64,000 nucleotides of DNA, taken from assembly GCA_964355175.1 (NCBI GenBank), contig CAYHBZ010000002.1, positions 396,537 to 460,536 on the forward strand, given 5' to 3'. Positions 36,105-45,739 of this stretch are shown piece after piece; position 1 is the first letter of the stretch, and each line of letters opens with the position of its first letter. The translations under genes were made by a program, and so were the position numbers. The notes beneath the pieces were generated by a model. The model ran no database searches. It saw only the letters and a list, made by a program, of their open reading frames with translations, and was not told the DNA's origin. This DNA comes from an uncultured Gammaproteobacteria bacterium (GTDB lineage: Bacteria; Patescibacteriota; Patescibacteriia; Magasanikbacterales; GWA2-37-8).

Positions 36105-38324
36105 GATAATAGCACGAAGAATTTTAGATTCAATTTCCGGCGGAGTCAAATGCGCCAATTCATAAACCTCATCCACATTCCCAGACTTCAAATAAGTATC
36201 AATACAAATAGAGCGCTTCTCATAATTCTTCGGCAACATGAAAGGATACAAAAATCCTTTCCAGCCATTGTGCAAAGCCACCACCAATTCACGCTCATGA
36301 TCCGGCAAAATTTGTTGAGCCACGCGCTCGTTGGTATGGCGTAGTTCTTCAAATAACTCCGGAGAAGTGACGCAAATAATTTTTACATCATAATCTTTTT
36401 CCAAATTTGGCAGAATCTCCAGAGTGTTAAACAGCATATGCGCGCCACAAATCGCCAATACAGTTTTTTGTTGGCCGTTTTCTTTGAAAGGTTTGTAAAC
36501 ATAGGCGCCCCAAGTGGCCGCGATAGCTGGCGGCACATCACCGCCGCGTTTGATTACCGGAGTATCCGGACGCATGGCCGAGAGCGCGATTGGTTCACCT
36601 TTTTCTAGAGCATAAAATAACATTTCTACCATTTCATTGGCATCCATTGGTTTGTATACTTTTATTCCTGGAATAGCATTATACAAACTCATCCAGTACA
36701 AACCCTGATGAGTAGGGCCGTCTTCACCAGTTTCCGGGCCGTCATGGGCCGCGTACATTATGAAGAAGCCTTTGTGAGCGGGGAAGAGATGGTTGTTAAT
36801 TACCGCCAAGCGCACACAGTTGGCTATCATGGTAGTGAACACAGCATAAGTACCAAATACGGAAATAGGATGAAATCCGCCCGGCAAAATATCCTGGGTC
36901 AAAGTCGCGCTCATCATCGCCATGTTTTGCTCGGCAATACCAAAGCGAATACCGCGACCCAAAGGATTTTTTGGCGTAATTAAGCCATAGACATTTTCCG
37001 CTGCCGCCGTGAGTACGGATCCGGAAAGATCGCCCGCACCGGCATAAAAAAAGGCGGTTTGAGTCATGAGCCATTTATACCACGCGCCCGCGGCTTTGCG
37101 AGTCGCTACTTTTGACCCCTCTTCAAAAATTAATTCCGGTGGCAAAGTTTCCGGGCGGCGCACGGAGGTGGGATTTACCAAGGCGCGTCCGTTTAGAGCC
37201 AGAGCCATTTGGCGTACCAATTCAGATTCCGGTTTTATTTTTTTAGCGGCAATATCCAATTTTTCCAAAACATATTTTTCATCTTCCGGTGAAATATTTT
37301 TTAGGATCACTTCAATATCTTTTATCGCTTCACCTTTTATTCCCGGAATATCAAAGCCGAGATTTTTCATGACTTCGATGTATTCTTCATGTTTTATCGG
37401 AGCACCGTGACTGGCCGCGGTATTTTCTTTACTGCCATATAATTTACCTTTTAGCGTGTGGCAAATTATTACCGTTGGTCTGTTATTATTAAAAATTTTT
37501 GGTGCGAGGCGATAGGCGTACATTACTTCAAGTACATTATGTCCATCTACTTCGATCATATTCCAGCCCATGCCACGCCAATGATCAATATAAGTAGAAT
37601 TCATCGCTTCTTCTATCGGGCCATCAATACCAAAATGGTTGTAATCCAAACTGACGATCATATTATCCGTACCGGTAGCGGCCAAGACATTGCGGGCTTC
37701 ATAAGTCATACCTTCTTCGCTTTCGGCGTCACCCATCATTACATATACTTTAGTTGGCAAGCCACAAGATTTGTGGACTATTGCCATACCGCCGGCCCCA
37801 GAAAAGCCGTGACCAGATGGGCCGGTAGAGGTGTCGGCTAAGGGATAATGGCCCTCAGCGTGGCCTTGTGGGCCATCAGTGTGGCGAAAGCGTAAAAGAT
37901 GTTCTGGGAAAACCGGCTGAACCACCGCTTCCGAAAATTGTCGGCCACTGCGGCGTAGAATTTCATAGATTAGAGAATTCATCGCGAAAAGACCGGGCGT
38001 ACAATGTCCCGCGCTCCAAATAATACGATCGCGTCCGGAATTTTTAGGATTGATTGGGTCAAAAGCTAAATTTTCTCCCAGCACCAAAGCCAATAGTTGC
38101 TCTACTTTGCCGCTACTGCCACCGGGATGTCCGCTTTGACCAGCTTCGACCGCCACAAAAATAAAAGCACGCAAAATCTGAGCCAAATGTTGCAGTCGCT
38201 TCACATCTACTCCGGGAAGATCCGTTAAATCTGTGCCGGATAAATTTATGTAGTTTCCGTTTACCCTGTTTTTATCTTTGGAAAATTTTTTCCAATCTTT
38301 TTCTTCAAACAAATTCAAACTCAT
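36099..38324 (-). CDS. tkt: transketolase (741 aa)
   Basis: SGHPGGS thiamine-diphosphate motif region and full-length transketolase-like sequence. Confidence 0.85.
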   Translation of the reverse strand: MSLNLFEEKDWKKFSKDKNRVNGNYINLSGTDLTDLPGVDVKRLQHLAQILRAFIFVAVEAGQSGHPGGSSGKVEQLLALVLGENLAFDPINPKNSGRDRIIWSAGHCTPGLFAMNSLIYEILRRSGRQFSEAVVQPVFPEHLLRFRHTDGPQGHAEGHYPLADTSTGPSGHGFSGAGGMAIVHKSCGLPTKVYVMMGDAESEEGMTYEARNVLAATGTDNMIVSLDYNHFGIDGPIEEAMNSTYIDHWRGMGWNMIEVDGHNVLEVMYAYRLAPKIFNNNRPTVIICHTLKGKLYGSKENTAASHGAPIKHEEYIEVMKNLGFDIPGIKGEAIKDIEVILKNISPEDEKYVLEKLDIAAKKIKPESELVRQMALALNGRALVNPTSVRRPETLPPELIFEEGSKVATRKAAGAWYKWLMTQTAFFYAGAGDLSGSVLTAAAENVYGLITPKNPLGRGIRFGIAEQNMAMMSATLTQDILPGGFHPISVFGTYAVFTTMIANCVRLAVINNHLFPAHKGFFIMYAAHDGPETGEDGPTHQGLYWMSLYNAIPGIKVYKPMDANEMVEMLFYALEKGEPIALSAMRPDTPVIKRGGDVPPAIAATWGAYVYKPFKENGQQKTVLAICGAHMLFNTLEILPNLEKDYDVKIICVTSPELFEELRHTNERVAQQILPDHERELVVALHNGWKGFLYPFMLPKNYEKRSICIDTYLKSGNVDEVYELAHLTPPEIESKILRAIIK

Positions 38325-38680
38325 ACGGTAATTGTATACTCTTTGCCTTCACGCACTTTGCGTTTATCTTTTTTATCTTTTTCGCGTTGCATTACTTTGT
38401 GTTTTTTTAGCTCACTTTCCAGATAATCGCGTACTTTGTCTATCGCTTTGTAAACATCTTTTTCATTTTTGGAAGCAAACAGGTCGTTGCCCGGCACTTC
38501 CAGTTTACATTCGCATATAAAAATTTTTCCTTTCAAGTGGTGGTTGGTTTCTAAACCCACTCGTACTTGAGCGCGCATTATTTTATCGTAAAATTTATCC
38601 AAACCATTAATTTTCTTTTCTACGTATTCTTGAATAGAGGAGGTGAGCTCGATTCCTTTGCCGGTAATTTGGATTTGCAT
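38321..38680 (-). CDS. hpf: ribosome hibernation promoting factor / RaiA family
   Basis: MQIQITGKGIELT..I.EYV.KK...L.KF, typical of HPF. Confidence 0.8.
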   Translation of the reverse strand: MQIQITGKGIELTSSIQEYVEKKINGLDKFYDKIMRAQVRVGLETNHHLKGKIFICECKLEVPGNDLFASKNEKDVYKAIDKVRDYLESELKKHKVMQREKDKKDKRKVREGKEYTITV

Positions 38681-38708
38681 AGCATTAGGGCTAGTGAATT
38701 AAAACTTT

Positions 38709-39650
38709 TTATTGGACTATTTCTACTTCCGGTTCGATATTTAATTTAAACTTATTATACGCTTTTTCTTTCATTATTTCAACAATTTTTAGCACATCTT
38801 CCTGTTTGGCGTTGTTGAAGTTGATCACGAAGTTTCCATGTTCGTCGGATACTTTGGCGCCGCCGATGGTGAGGCCTTTGAGATCCAGTTGTTCCATTAC
38901 CCAGCCCACCGGTATCATACCGCGTTCACGGAATAGCTCTGGTAATTCTTCTTTATTTCCCGGCCATTTGGATATTTGGATATTTTTGAAGAAACTTCCG
39001 GCTGATGGGGTATGTGGGTAGCGTCCGGATCTTTGCTTCATATAGGTAGTGGCGCGTTGCATTATTTCTTTTTTGTCGCCAGGCTTCAGCTTGAACCAAG
39101 CGCGTAGTACAATGTCACCATTAAATTTGAAATGACTTTCGCGGTAATCAAATCCACACTCGGAATTTTGTAATTCAATCACTTCGCCGTCACGCCAGAT
39201 CTGTACTTTTTCCATACAGGTGGCAATATTTTTGCCCATGGCTCCGGCATTGCCGCGCACCGCTCCGCCTACCGTACCTGGCACGCCCACGCCCCATTCC
39301 AGTCCTTCTAGGCTATGAGCCAGAGATAAATTTATTAGAGTACCAAAGCCTACCCCAGCATCGGACATGATGGTGGTGTCGTCTGCCATCTCTACTTTTT
39401 TGGTTTGAATTTTTACGGTGACGCCCTCGATATCTCGGTCCGGCATGAGTAAATTACTACCGCCTCCCAAGATAAAAAAGTCTACGCCATTATTTTTGAG
39501 ATAATTCAGCAAGCCAACCAATTTTTCGGTATCGGTCACGGTGACCAACCGCTGGGCCATTTCTCCCACCGCAAAAGTAGTCATTTTTTTGAAAGATACG
39601 TTGGTCTTTACGTCACCAAAATTTTGTAATTCTTTGTACAGGTCATCCAT
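38709..39650 (-). CDS. murB: UDP-N-acetylenolpyruvoylglucosamine reductase
   Basis: FAD-binding ILGGGSNLL motif and MurB-like C-terminus. Confidence 0.85.
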   Translation of the reverse strand: MDDLYKELQNFGDVKTNVSFKKMTTFAVGEMAQRLVTVTDTEKLVGLLNYLKNNGVDFFILGGGSNLLMPDRDIEGVTVKIQTKKVEMADDTTIMSDAGVGFGTLINLSLAHSLEGLEWGVGVPGTVGGAVRGNAGAMGKNIATCMEKVQIWRDGEVIELQNSECGFDYRESHFKFNGDIVLRAWFKLKPGDKKEIMQRATTYMKQRSGRYPHTPSAGSFFKNIQISKWPGNKEELPELFRERGMIPVGWVMEQLDLKGLTIGGAKVSDEHGNFVINFNNAKQEDVLKIVEIMKEKAYNKFKLNIEPEVEIVQ

Positions 39651-39695
39651 AGTATATAATTGCCAAAAGGTGGTTATTTTAGTATAATCTCCTAT

Positions 39696-40901
39696 ATGCC
39701 ATTTTCTCTAAAACAGCCAATAATTTATGTAGCGCGGGATCTAGAGCGAACTCTGGGATTACCTCTGAGTACCCCTGGCAACTATATTATCTCAAATTTT
39801 ACTTCCTTTGCCAATAGTTTGGCCAGAGGGCATAAAAATGTTTTATTAATCAAAAATAAGGCGCTTTTGGATACCAGGGATCTGCTCACACATCCAAAGG
39901 CCGAGAAGTTTATCGCGGGTTTAAAAAATCCCGGGATTTTGGTTTTTAAAAATACGCCACTATTGGAAAAAATCTGTGTTCAAAAAGGATACCGACTGCT
40001 AAATCCTAGTGCTGAGCTGGCCAATACCGTGGAAGAAAAAGTCACTCAGGTAAAGTGGCTGGGAAATTTGAGAAAATTTTTGCCACCGCATGAAATAAAA
40101 CCATCCAAAGAAATAAAATGGAAAGGTAAGAAATTTATTTTACAATTTAACCATGCCCATACCGGCAACGGCACTTTGCTCATTACCAATGAAAATCAGC
40201 TCAAAGAAGTGCAAAAAAATTTTCCCGACCGACCGGTGCGCGTGACCAAATATATCGATGGTATTATGCTTACCAATAATAATGTGGTGGCCGATAAAAA
40301 AATATTGTGTGGAAACATCAATGTGCAACTCACCGGCATTCTTCCTTTTACTATTCGGCCGTTTGCCACTGTCGGCAATGATTGGGCCTATCCTCACAAA
40401 ATTTTAAATAACGCGCAAAAAAAGAGCTATGAAAAAATAGCCAAAGCCGTGGGGGAGAGATTGTATCAAAATAATTGGCGCGGGCTATTTGGGATTGATG
40501 TTATTTTTGAAAAAAGCACCGGCAAATTATTTTTAATTGAAATCAATGCGCGTCAACCGGCCAGCACCAGCTTTGAATCTATTTTGCAGATGAGAAAAAA
40601 TAAAATAGGGCTGACCACTTTTCAAGCGCATCTTTTGGCTGTGACCGGTATGAAAATCGGCGGCAAACTTACGACCATAAAAAATGGCGCCCAGATCACT
40701 CAAAAAGTTTTGGATAAAAAAATTGATAATAAAAAATTGAATAAGGAAGTGGCACGATTGCAGAAAGCAGGTTTTGGTGTATTTAAGTATGACAATACGG
40801 AAGTTGAATCGGATTTTGTGCGTATGCAATCGAACCAGGGGATTTTGGAAAGTGAAAATGTTTTAAATAGCGTCGGTAAGAAGCTAATATTGAATATATA
40901 A
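39696..40901 (+). CDS. ATP-grasp domain protein
   Basis: C-terminal GLFGIDVIFE...LFLIEINARQ ATP-grasp motif; ATG 39696 preferred over TTG 39660. Confidence 0.6.
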   Translation: MPFSLKQPIIYVARDLERTLGLPLSTPGNYIISNFTSFANSLARGHKNVLLIKNKALLDTRDLLTHPKAEKFIAGLKNPGILVFKNTPLLEKICVQKGYRLLNPSAELANTVEEKVTQVKWLGNLRKFLPPHEIKPSKEIKWKGKKFILQFNHAHTGNGTLLITNENQLKEVQKNFPDRPVRVTKYIDGIMLTNNNVVADKKILCGNINVQLTGILPFTIRPFATVGNDWAYPHKILNNAQKKSYEKIAKAVGERLYQNNWRGLFGIDVIFEKSTGKLFLIEINARQPASTSFESILQMRKNKIGLTTFQAHLLAVTGMKIGGKLTTIKNGAQITQKVLDKKIDNKKLNKEVARLQKAGFGVFKYDNTEVESDFVRMQSNQGILESENVLNSVGKKLILNI

Positions 40902-40920
40902 GAATGATACAGAATTTATT

Positions 40921-41718
40921 ATGTTATCTACAAAAGCTCAAAAAGTTTTAAATGATTATTTCAATCTTCCCTTTGAAGGTTTGTCTGGCGTGCGTTGTCC
41001 TTATTTTAATAATGCCCGCCTCAAACAGCGCGCGCAATTGCGGGTGTTGGTAGGCAAAGGATCCCCGGCCGAGATTGTGGAGGAGGCCAAAATTATTTCC
41101 GTGCAATACCATGCGGGATTATTTGATAAAGCCGGACATTGCTGTCTGCATAATGAGCACACCGGTGAAGAAATTACTGCGGAGCAATTGCGTAAATTTT
41201 TAATCGATAATAATCTGGGGATTGAATGTTCCGGTTTTATCACTCAGATTCTGCGCGCGCACTTTTTGGAAACCCGGGATGTGGATATAGCGCGTAAGTT
41301 TTTTATAGTTTCGCCGCGACATGTTTTCCGCTATTTTATTTCTCTTTTGCGCCCGGTAGAAAATATCGGTGTAAAACATTACAGCGATGATCGCAATACC
41401 AAGAAAATTTCTTGGAACGAGGCTCAAACCGGCGATGTGGTGGTAATGCTCGAAGCCGGTGCCAAAAATAACTTCAATCATATTTTGCTGATTACCGAAA
41501 AAACTGCTGATGTTATCAAATACGTCCATGCCCGCACCTGGGATAGTGAAGGCAGATATGGTCATGGCGTATCTCTAGGAGAAATAAAAATTTCCCAACC
41601 CGTCGGTTCGCTACTGGATCAGCGCTGGGTAGAGCAAGGATTGGAAGGAGAAAAAAATGAAACTTTTGTGGAAGCCAAGCAGGCAAAAATTTTGGAAGTA
41701 AGGAGAATAAGATACTAA
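40921..41718 (+). CDS. NlpC/P60-like (papain-fold) cysteine amidase, no signal peptide
   Basis: GIECSGFITQIL resembles the G-x-D-C-S-G catalytic Cys motif; downstream NHILLI His candidate. Confidence 0.45.
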   Translation: MLSTKAQKVLNDYFNLPFEGLSGVRCPYFNNARLKQRAQLRVLVGKGSPAEIVEEAKIISVQYHAGLFDKAGHCCLHNEHTGEEITAEQLRKFLIDNNLGIECSGFITQILRAHFLETRDVDIARKFFIVSPRHVFRYFISLLRPVENIGVKHYSDDRNTKKISWNEAQTGDVVVMLEAGAKNNFNHILLITEKTADVIKYVHARTWDSEGRYGHGVSLGEIKISQPVGSLLDQRWVEQGLEGEKNETFVEAKQAKILEVRRIRY

Positions 41719-41719
41719 T

Positions 41720-42946
41720 ATGGATAAGAGAAGATTTGTAGATATTAATGCCATCGGCATTGATCCCAACAAAGATGTAAGTAAAAAATTTGTAAATGTC
41801 GGTCCTTTAGAAATATTTTTTGGTAAAAAAGAACAAAAAATTACTCAAGCCGATGTTGCGGCCTATGCTCGAGAAATTTTGTCTGTTTGTAAAAGATTTG
41901 TCGATAGTAATCAGTCCGATTTAGGTATTTCTTTTTTGATTCATTCTCTATCTACCGATAAATTATTTGCCGATCTTGGATTTACCGCCACCTCACTGTT
42001 TTATTATCCCCGAAAGGAAGATTTTGAAGAGAATGCCGATGTCGCTTTAAACAGATTGCGCGCCGGGCTAATGGAAGAAATTAAAAAACAGCTTAATTCT
42101 AGTGAAGAATTTGCCAATTTGAATCAAGATGATATTTTCATGAAAAATTTTAGTGCCAGTGATTTTGGTGTAGAAAATGAGGTTGGAGAAATTACCAATA
42201 TTCCAGGGAAGCAATTTTATTTTAAAAGATTGAAGTTAAAAAATTTGGATAGAGAAGATTTGGAAAAACTTAATAGAAGCCGTTTAGAATTTTTGACCAA
42301 GGCTCAGGAAGATAAGAAAAAAGGTACATTGCCTCCATCTATTTTGCTTCCTCAGTCTGCCAGTCCCGAGTCCACTGAATTACTTAGTGTGAAGCGTGAA
42401 ATGTTTGTCTTGAATGATTTAATTCAAGTAATAAAAAGTAATAAAGGAATTGACCACAAAAAAGTGTTAGAGGATTTATCAGTGGCTGTCCAAATGATTT
42501 TGGATGCCGCGCGCGGCTGTCTTTATATTCAGGAGCAGGGTTTTGTTTTGATGGATATCGATCGATATAATATTGGTTATGATATGCAAGACAAACACGG
42601 GATTATGTTTGATTGGGATTGTATGGCCAAAATTGGCGATGAAATCGGGGATGATAGATTGCATAAAGCGCCTTTGTATAGGGATGATAAATTTAAGTAT
42701 GGTAAATATGCCCATGCTCAGGAAATGGTTTTTCAATTAGGTGTGGCCCTCAAAGAAGTCGCCAACCTGGGTAAAAATTATTTATCGGATAAAGTTTTTG
42801 GAGAGCTTTACGCTCTATCTTTAATGATGGTAAAATTTGATGGGAGAGAGGGGCAAACAGATGTCACACCTTTATCCTCCAAGATCGGTCAGCCCGATTT
42901 GAAGCGGGTAATAGAGGTGCTAGAGGAAAATCATAAGGAAATATAA
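41720..42946 (+). CDS. hypothetical protein, possibly protein-kinase-like fold
   Basis: VLMDIDRYNIGYD ... MFDWDCMAK resembles catalytic-loop and DFG-like spacing; weak. Confidence 0.35.
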   Translation: MDKRRFVDINAIGIDPNKDVSKKFVNVGPLEIFFGKKEQKITQADVAAYAREILSVCKRFVDSNQSDLGISFLIHSLSTDKLFADLGFTATSLFYYPRKEDFEENADVALNRLRAGLMEEIKKQLNSSEEFANLNQDDIFMKNFSASDFGVENEVGEITNIPGKQFYFKRLKLKNLDREDLEKLNRSRLEFLTKAQEDKKKGTLPPSILLPQSASPESTELLSVKREMFVLNDLIQVIKSNKGIDHKKVLEDLSVAVQMILDAARGCLYIQEQGFVLMDIDRYNIGYDMQDKHGIMFDWDCMAKIGDEIGDDRLHKAPLYRDDKFKYGKYAHAQEMVFQLGVALKEVANLGKNYLSDKVFGELYALSLMMVKFDGREGQTDVTPLSSKIGQPDLKRVIEVLEENHKEI

Positions 42947-42950
42947 TTTT

Positions 42951-43454
42951 ATGTCATTTTATTTTACTCTATTGGCCTGTGTAGTGTTGTTAGGGTTTAT
43001 TTTTTCACCATTGTTTTTGGGTGTGCCATTTTTGCCGACCCATCGTCGTCAAGCTCGCAAGATGATGGAGTTGGCAGAAATAAAGCCCGGTATGAAAGTG
43101 ATCGATTTGGGATCAGGGGCTGGCCGGCTGTTGTTTATGGCAGCGAATCAAGGGGCGACGGCTATTGGCTATGAACTCAATCCATTTTTGGTTATTTGGA
43201 CAAAACTAATGATTTTATTAAAAGGCAAAAGGGGACAAATAAAAGTTTTTTATAAATCAATTTATGACGCGGATATCGCTGATGCCGATGCTATCATGAT
43301 GTTTTTGTATCCACCTCACATGAAAAAATTGGAAAGTAAGATATTTAACGAGGCCAAGCCGGAAGTGAAGATACTATCATATGTTTTTCAATTCCACAAT
43401 TATACACCGATAGCCAATGAGCAGGGGATTTTTATTTATAAAAAAACACTATAA
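42951..43454 (+). CDS. class I SAM-dependent methyltransferase with N-terminal TM
   Basis: VIDLGSGAGRLL motif I. Confidence 0.6.
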   Translation: MSFYFTLLACVVLLGFIFSPLFLGVPFLPTHRRQARKMMELAEIKPGMKVIDLGSGAGRLLFMAANQGATAIGYELNPFLVIWTKLMILLKGKRGQIKVFYKSIYDADIADADAIMMFLYPPHMKKLESKIFNEAKPEVKILSYVFQFHNYTPIANEQGIFIYKKTL

Positions 43455-43541
43455 ATATTGACCAAACCGTTTTTTTGTTGTAGTATTTGGAAATATTTGG
43501 CCCGTGAGACACTTCGTGTCCGGTCGGGCCGGCATTCACTT

Positions 43542-43616
43542 GGCCCGTTCGTCTATCGGCTAGGACATGGCCTTCTCAAGGCTAGAAGAGGGGTTCGACT
43601 CCCCTACGGGCTACCA
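43542..43616 (+). tRNA. tRNA-Glu (anticodon CUC), CCA encoded
   Basis: Hand-folded cloverleaf: acceptor GGCCCGT/ACGGGCT, anticodon loop TTCTCAA, T-arm AGGGG-TTCGACT-CCCCT, 3' ACCA. Confidence 0.85.
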
Positions 43617-43617
43617 C

Positions 43618-43655
43618 AAAAACACTCTCCTTAAATAGGAGAGTGTTTTTGTTTT
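43618..43655 (+). terminator. intrinsic terminator after tRNA-Glu
   Basis: AAACACTCTCC-TTAAAT-AGGAGAGTGTTTTTGTTTT. Confidence 0.65.
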
Positions 43656-43737
43656 GAATTTTTTAACCAATGTGGTGTGGCACTGAAGACGGCCCGTGGA
43701 TTTTTTTTGGCTGGTTGTAAAAAAGTACAATGTATAT

Positions 43738-43977
43738 TTAGTTTCCGTTTGTCTGTTGTGTCGCCGGTGCTGGAGATGGTTGCGGAGTCGGCAATTGAAC
43801 GTTAATATTGGTAGTAGGTTTTTGCGTTGGTTTTTGGTAATTTCGTATCATAGGCAAACCGTAGGCGAAAAACACAAAAAAGAGAGAGGCTAAAATCAGA
43901 ATAGTAACCACAACGGCAGCCACTCCGGAAGAAGAATTATCGTTGCCTCCAGCTGGGGTATTTACTATAGTTGTCAT
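43738..43977 (-). CDS. small bitopic membrane protein (Pro/Thr/Gln-rich tail)
   Basis: 79-aa ORF with one TM, downstream of the ArsR gene on the same strand. Confidence 0.45.
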   Translation of the reverse strand: MTTIVNTPAGGNDNSSSGVAAVVVTILILASLFFVFFAYGLPMIRNYQKPTQKPTTNINVQLPTPQPSPAPATQQTNGN

Positions 43978-43997
43978 ATATTTTTAGTTAGAATAAA

Positions 43998-44336
43998 TTA
44001 AATTTGTTTTGCTATTTTTTCAGATTGCTGAATCGTTTTAATAACCAGCTTAACGATCGGGCTGCTGTGTTCAAGTTTGGCAAAAACTTTTTCCCCTTTC
44101 CTTTCCTTTTGGATAAGGTTGGTATTAGTTAAGATTCTCAAATGTTGCGACGCTAAAGATAAGGAAATGTCCAAAATTTGCGCGATATTAGTAATGGAAA
44201 GCTGTGGCTGTTTGAGGAGAATCCGAAACATTCGATATCGATTAACGTCGCTTAGAACTTTAAAGACCAGTGTCATTCTTTTGTCAGTTTCGCTAAATAT
44301 TTTACGATTTTTTAGAATTTCTTTTTTTTCAAGCAT
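43998..44336 (-). CDS. ArsR/SmtB-family transcriptional regulator
   Basis: Winged-helix pattern LSDVNRYRMFRILL...SITNIAQILDISLSLASQHLRIL. Confidence 0.75.
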   Translation of the reverse strand: MLEKKEILKNRKIFSETDKRMTLVFKVLSDVNRYRMFRILLKQPQLSITNIAQILDISLSLASQHLRILTNTNLIQKERKGEKVFAKLEHSSPIVKLVIKTIQQSEKIAKQI

Positions 44337-44682
44337 AGATGTTTAAATTTAATACTTGTTTAATATTTAAAGTGGACGCCTGATTGGATAACCTGTCAAG
44401 GATTCACATCGGTATGGTTGCTTTATTAGTGGAGTTTTTTTAATCTCAGAAAGCTTCACGTCTTTCCGTTGACTTTTCAAAATACTGTTATCATTGACAG
44501 GTTTCCGTTTTAGATATATAATTGAATAGTTAAACAAGTATTTAATTATAATTATCTATGCTCGATGATAAAGAATTGCGAAAAGCACGCCGGATACTGA
44601 GCAAAACTAATAAAAACATGGCGGTGGCATTAAAGATAGCATAAGAGAGTGGATTTAGTAGCTAATTAATTGAAATTATTAT

Positions 44683-45738
44683 ATGAAAAAAAGTAAAAAA
44701 ACAGCAGTGTTCTTTCTAGTAGCCCTTTCGTTCGCGCTTGGGCTTGTCGGTCCACTGGCCGCATTGGCTGGTCCAACCAAGATTGAACTTTTGTCGGCCG
44801 ATAATTTTGCCATCCTTGCCGGTTCCACCATTACCAACATTGGATCGAGCATCGTTGGCGGAGATCTTGGCTTGAGCCCGGGTACCGCGGTCACCGGGTT
44901 TCCACCGGGAATTGTGAACGGAACCCAGCATGTGGCTAATGCCGTTGCCGCTCAGGCGCAGTTAGATGTCACTACCGCTTATACGACAGCGCTTGGATTT
45001 GCGTCTATTTCCACTATACCAACCGAACTTGGCGGAACGACTAAAACCCCTGGTGTTTATGATTCCGCGGCTGGGACTTTTGGAATCACTGGTACACTAA
45101 CGCTCGACGGTGAGGGTGATGCGAACGCGGTGTTTATTTTTAAAACCGCTACCACTTTTATCATGGCCGCAGGGAGTAAGGTGGTTCTTGTGAACGGCGC
45201 GCAAGCGTGTAACATCGTTTGGCAAGTAGGTAGTTCAGCGACGCTTGGAACAAATTCTACGTTACAAGGCAGTATTCTAGCGTTTACTTCCGCCACGCTT
45301 AATACTGGCGCACATGTCCAAGGGCGAGTATTAGCTCGCAATGGCGCCGTTACTTTAGATTCTAGTACTGTTACCAAAGCTACTTGTGCTGTGCCTGTTG
45401 TGGAACCAATTGTGGTATCAGCGCCTCAGCCCACATCGACTCCTAATTTTTCGACATCCACTCCTACATCCGTGATAATACCATCGTTTTCAACTTCAAC
45501 ATCAATGCCAGCGCCCAGCACAACACCATTGGTATTCTCAGCCACTGTGACAGCTTCGCCTACACTGAATGTTGCTCCGCTTGTGTCTACATTTATTCCT
45601 GATTTTCCCAATACCGGTCTTTCTCCACAAGAGACAAGTATGTGGTGGGGTAGTCGATTGTTTGTCGCTAGCGCGCTTTTGATTTTGACTTTATTGTTGG
45701 TAATCTTAAAAAAACGTTCATCATCTTTGGGTGTTTAA
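44683..45738 (+). CDS. ice-binding-like (DUF3494) surface protein with sortase sorting signal
   Basis: Signal peptide; FAILAGSTITNIGSSIVGGDLGLSPGTAVTGFPPG motif; C-terminal FPNTG plus hydrophobic helix plus KKR. Confidence 0.75.
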   Translation: MKKSKKTAVFFLVALSFALGLVGPLAALAGPTKIELLSADNFAILAGSTITNIGSSIVGGDLGLSPGTAVTGFPPGIVNGTQHVANAVAAQAQLDVTTAYTTALGFASISTIPTELGGTTKTPGVYDSAAGTFGITGTLTLDGEGDANAVFIFKTATTFIMAAGSKVVLVNGAQACNIVWQVGSSATLGTNSTLQGSILAFTSATLNTGAHVQGRVLARNGAVTLDSSTVTKATCAVPVVEPIVVSAPQPTSTPNFSTSTPTSVIIPSFSTSTSMPAPSTTPLVFSATVTASPTLNVAPLVSTFIPDFPNTGLSPQETSMWWGSRLFVASALLILTLLLVILKKRSSSLGV

Positions 45739-45739
45739 T

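Noticed and set aside
39683-39698. Leaderless mRNA for the ATP-grasp gene (TATAAT 7 nt before ATG 39696)
   Set aside because: The spacing is suggestive, but I found no convincing -35 and the alternative TTG start at 39660 cannot be excluded. The evidence is too weak to report as a feature.
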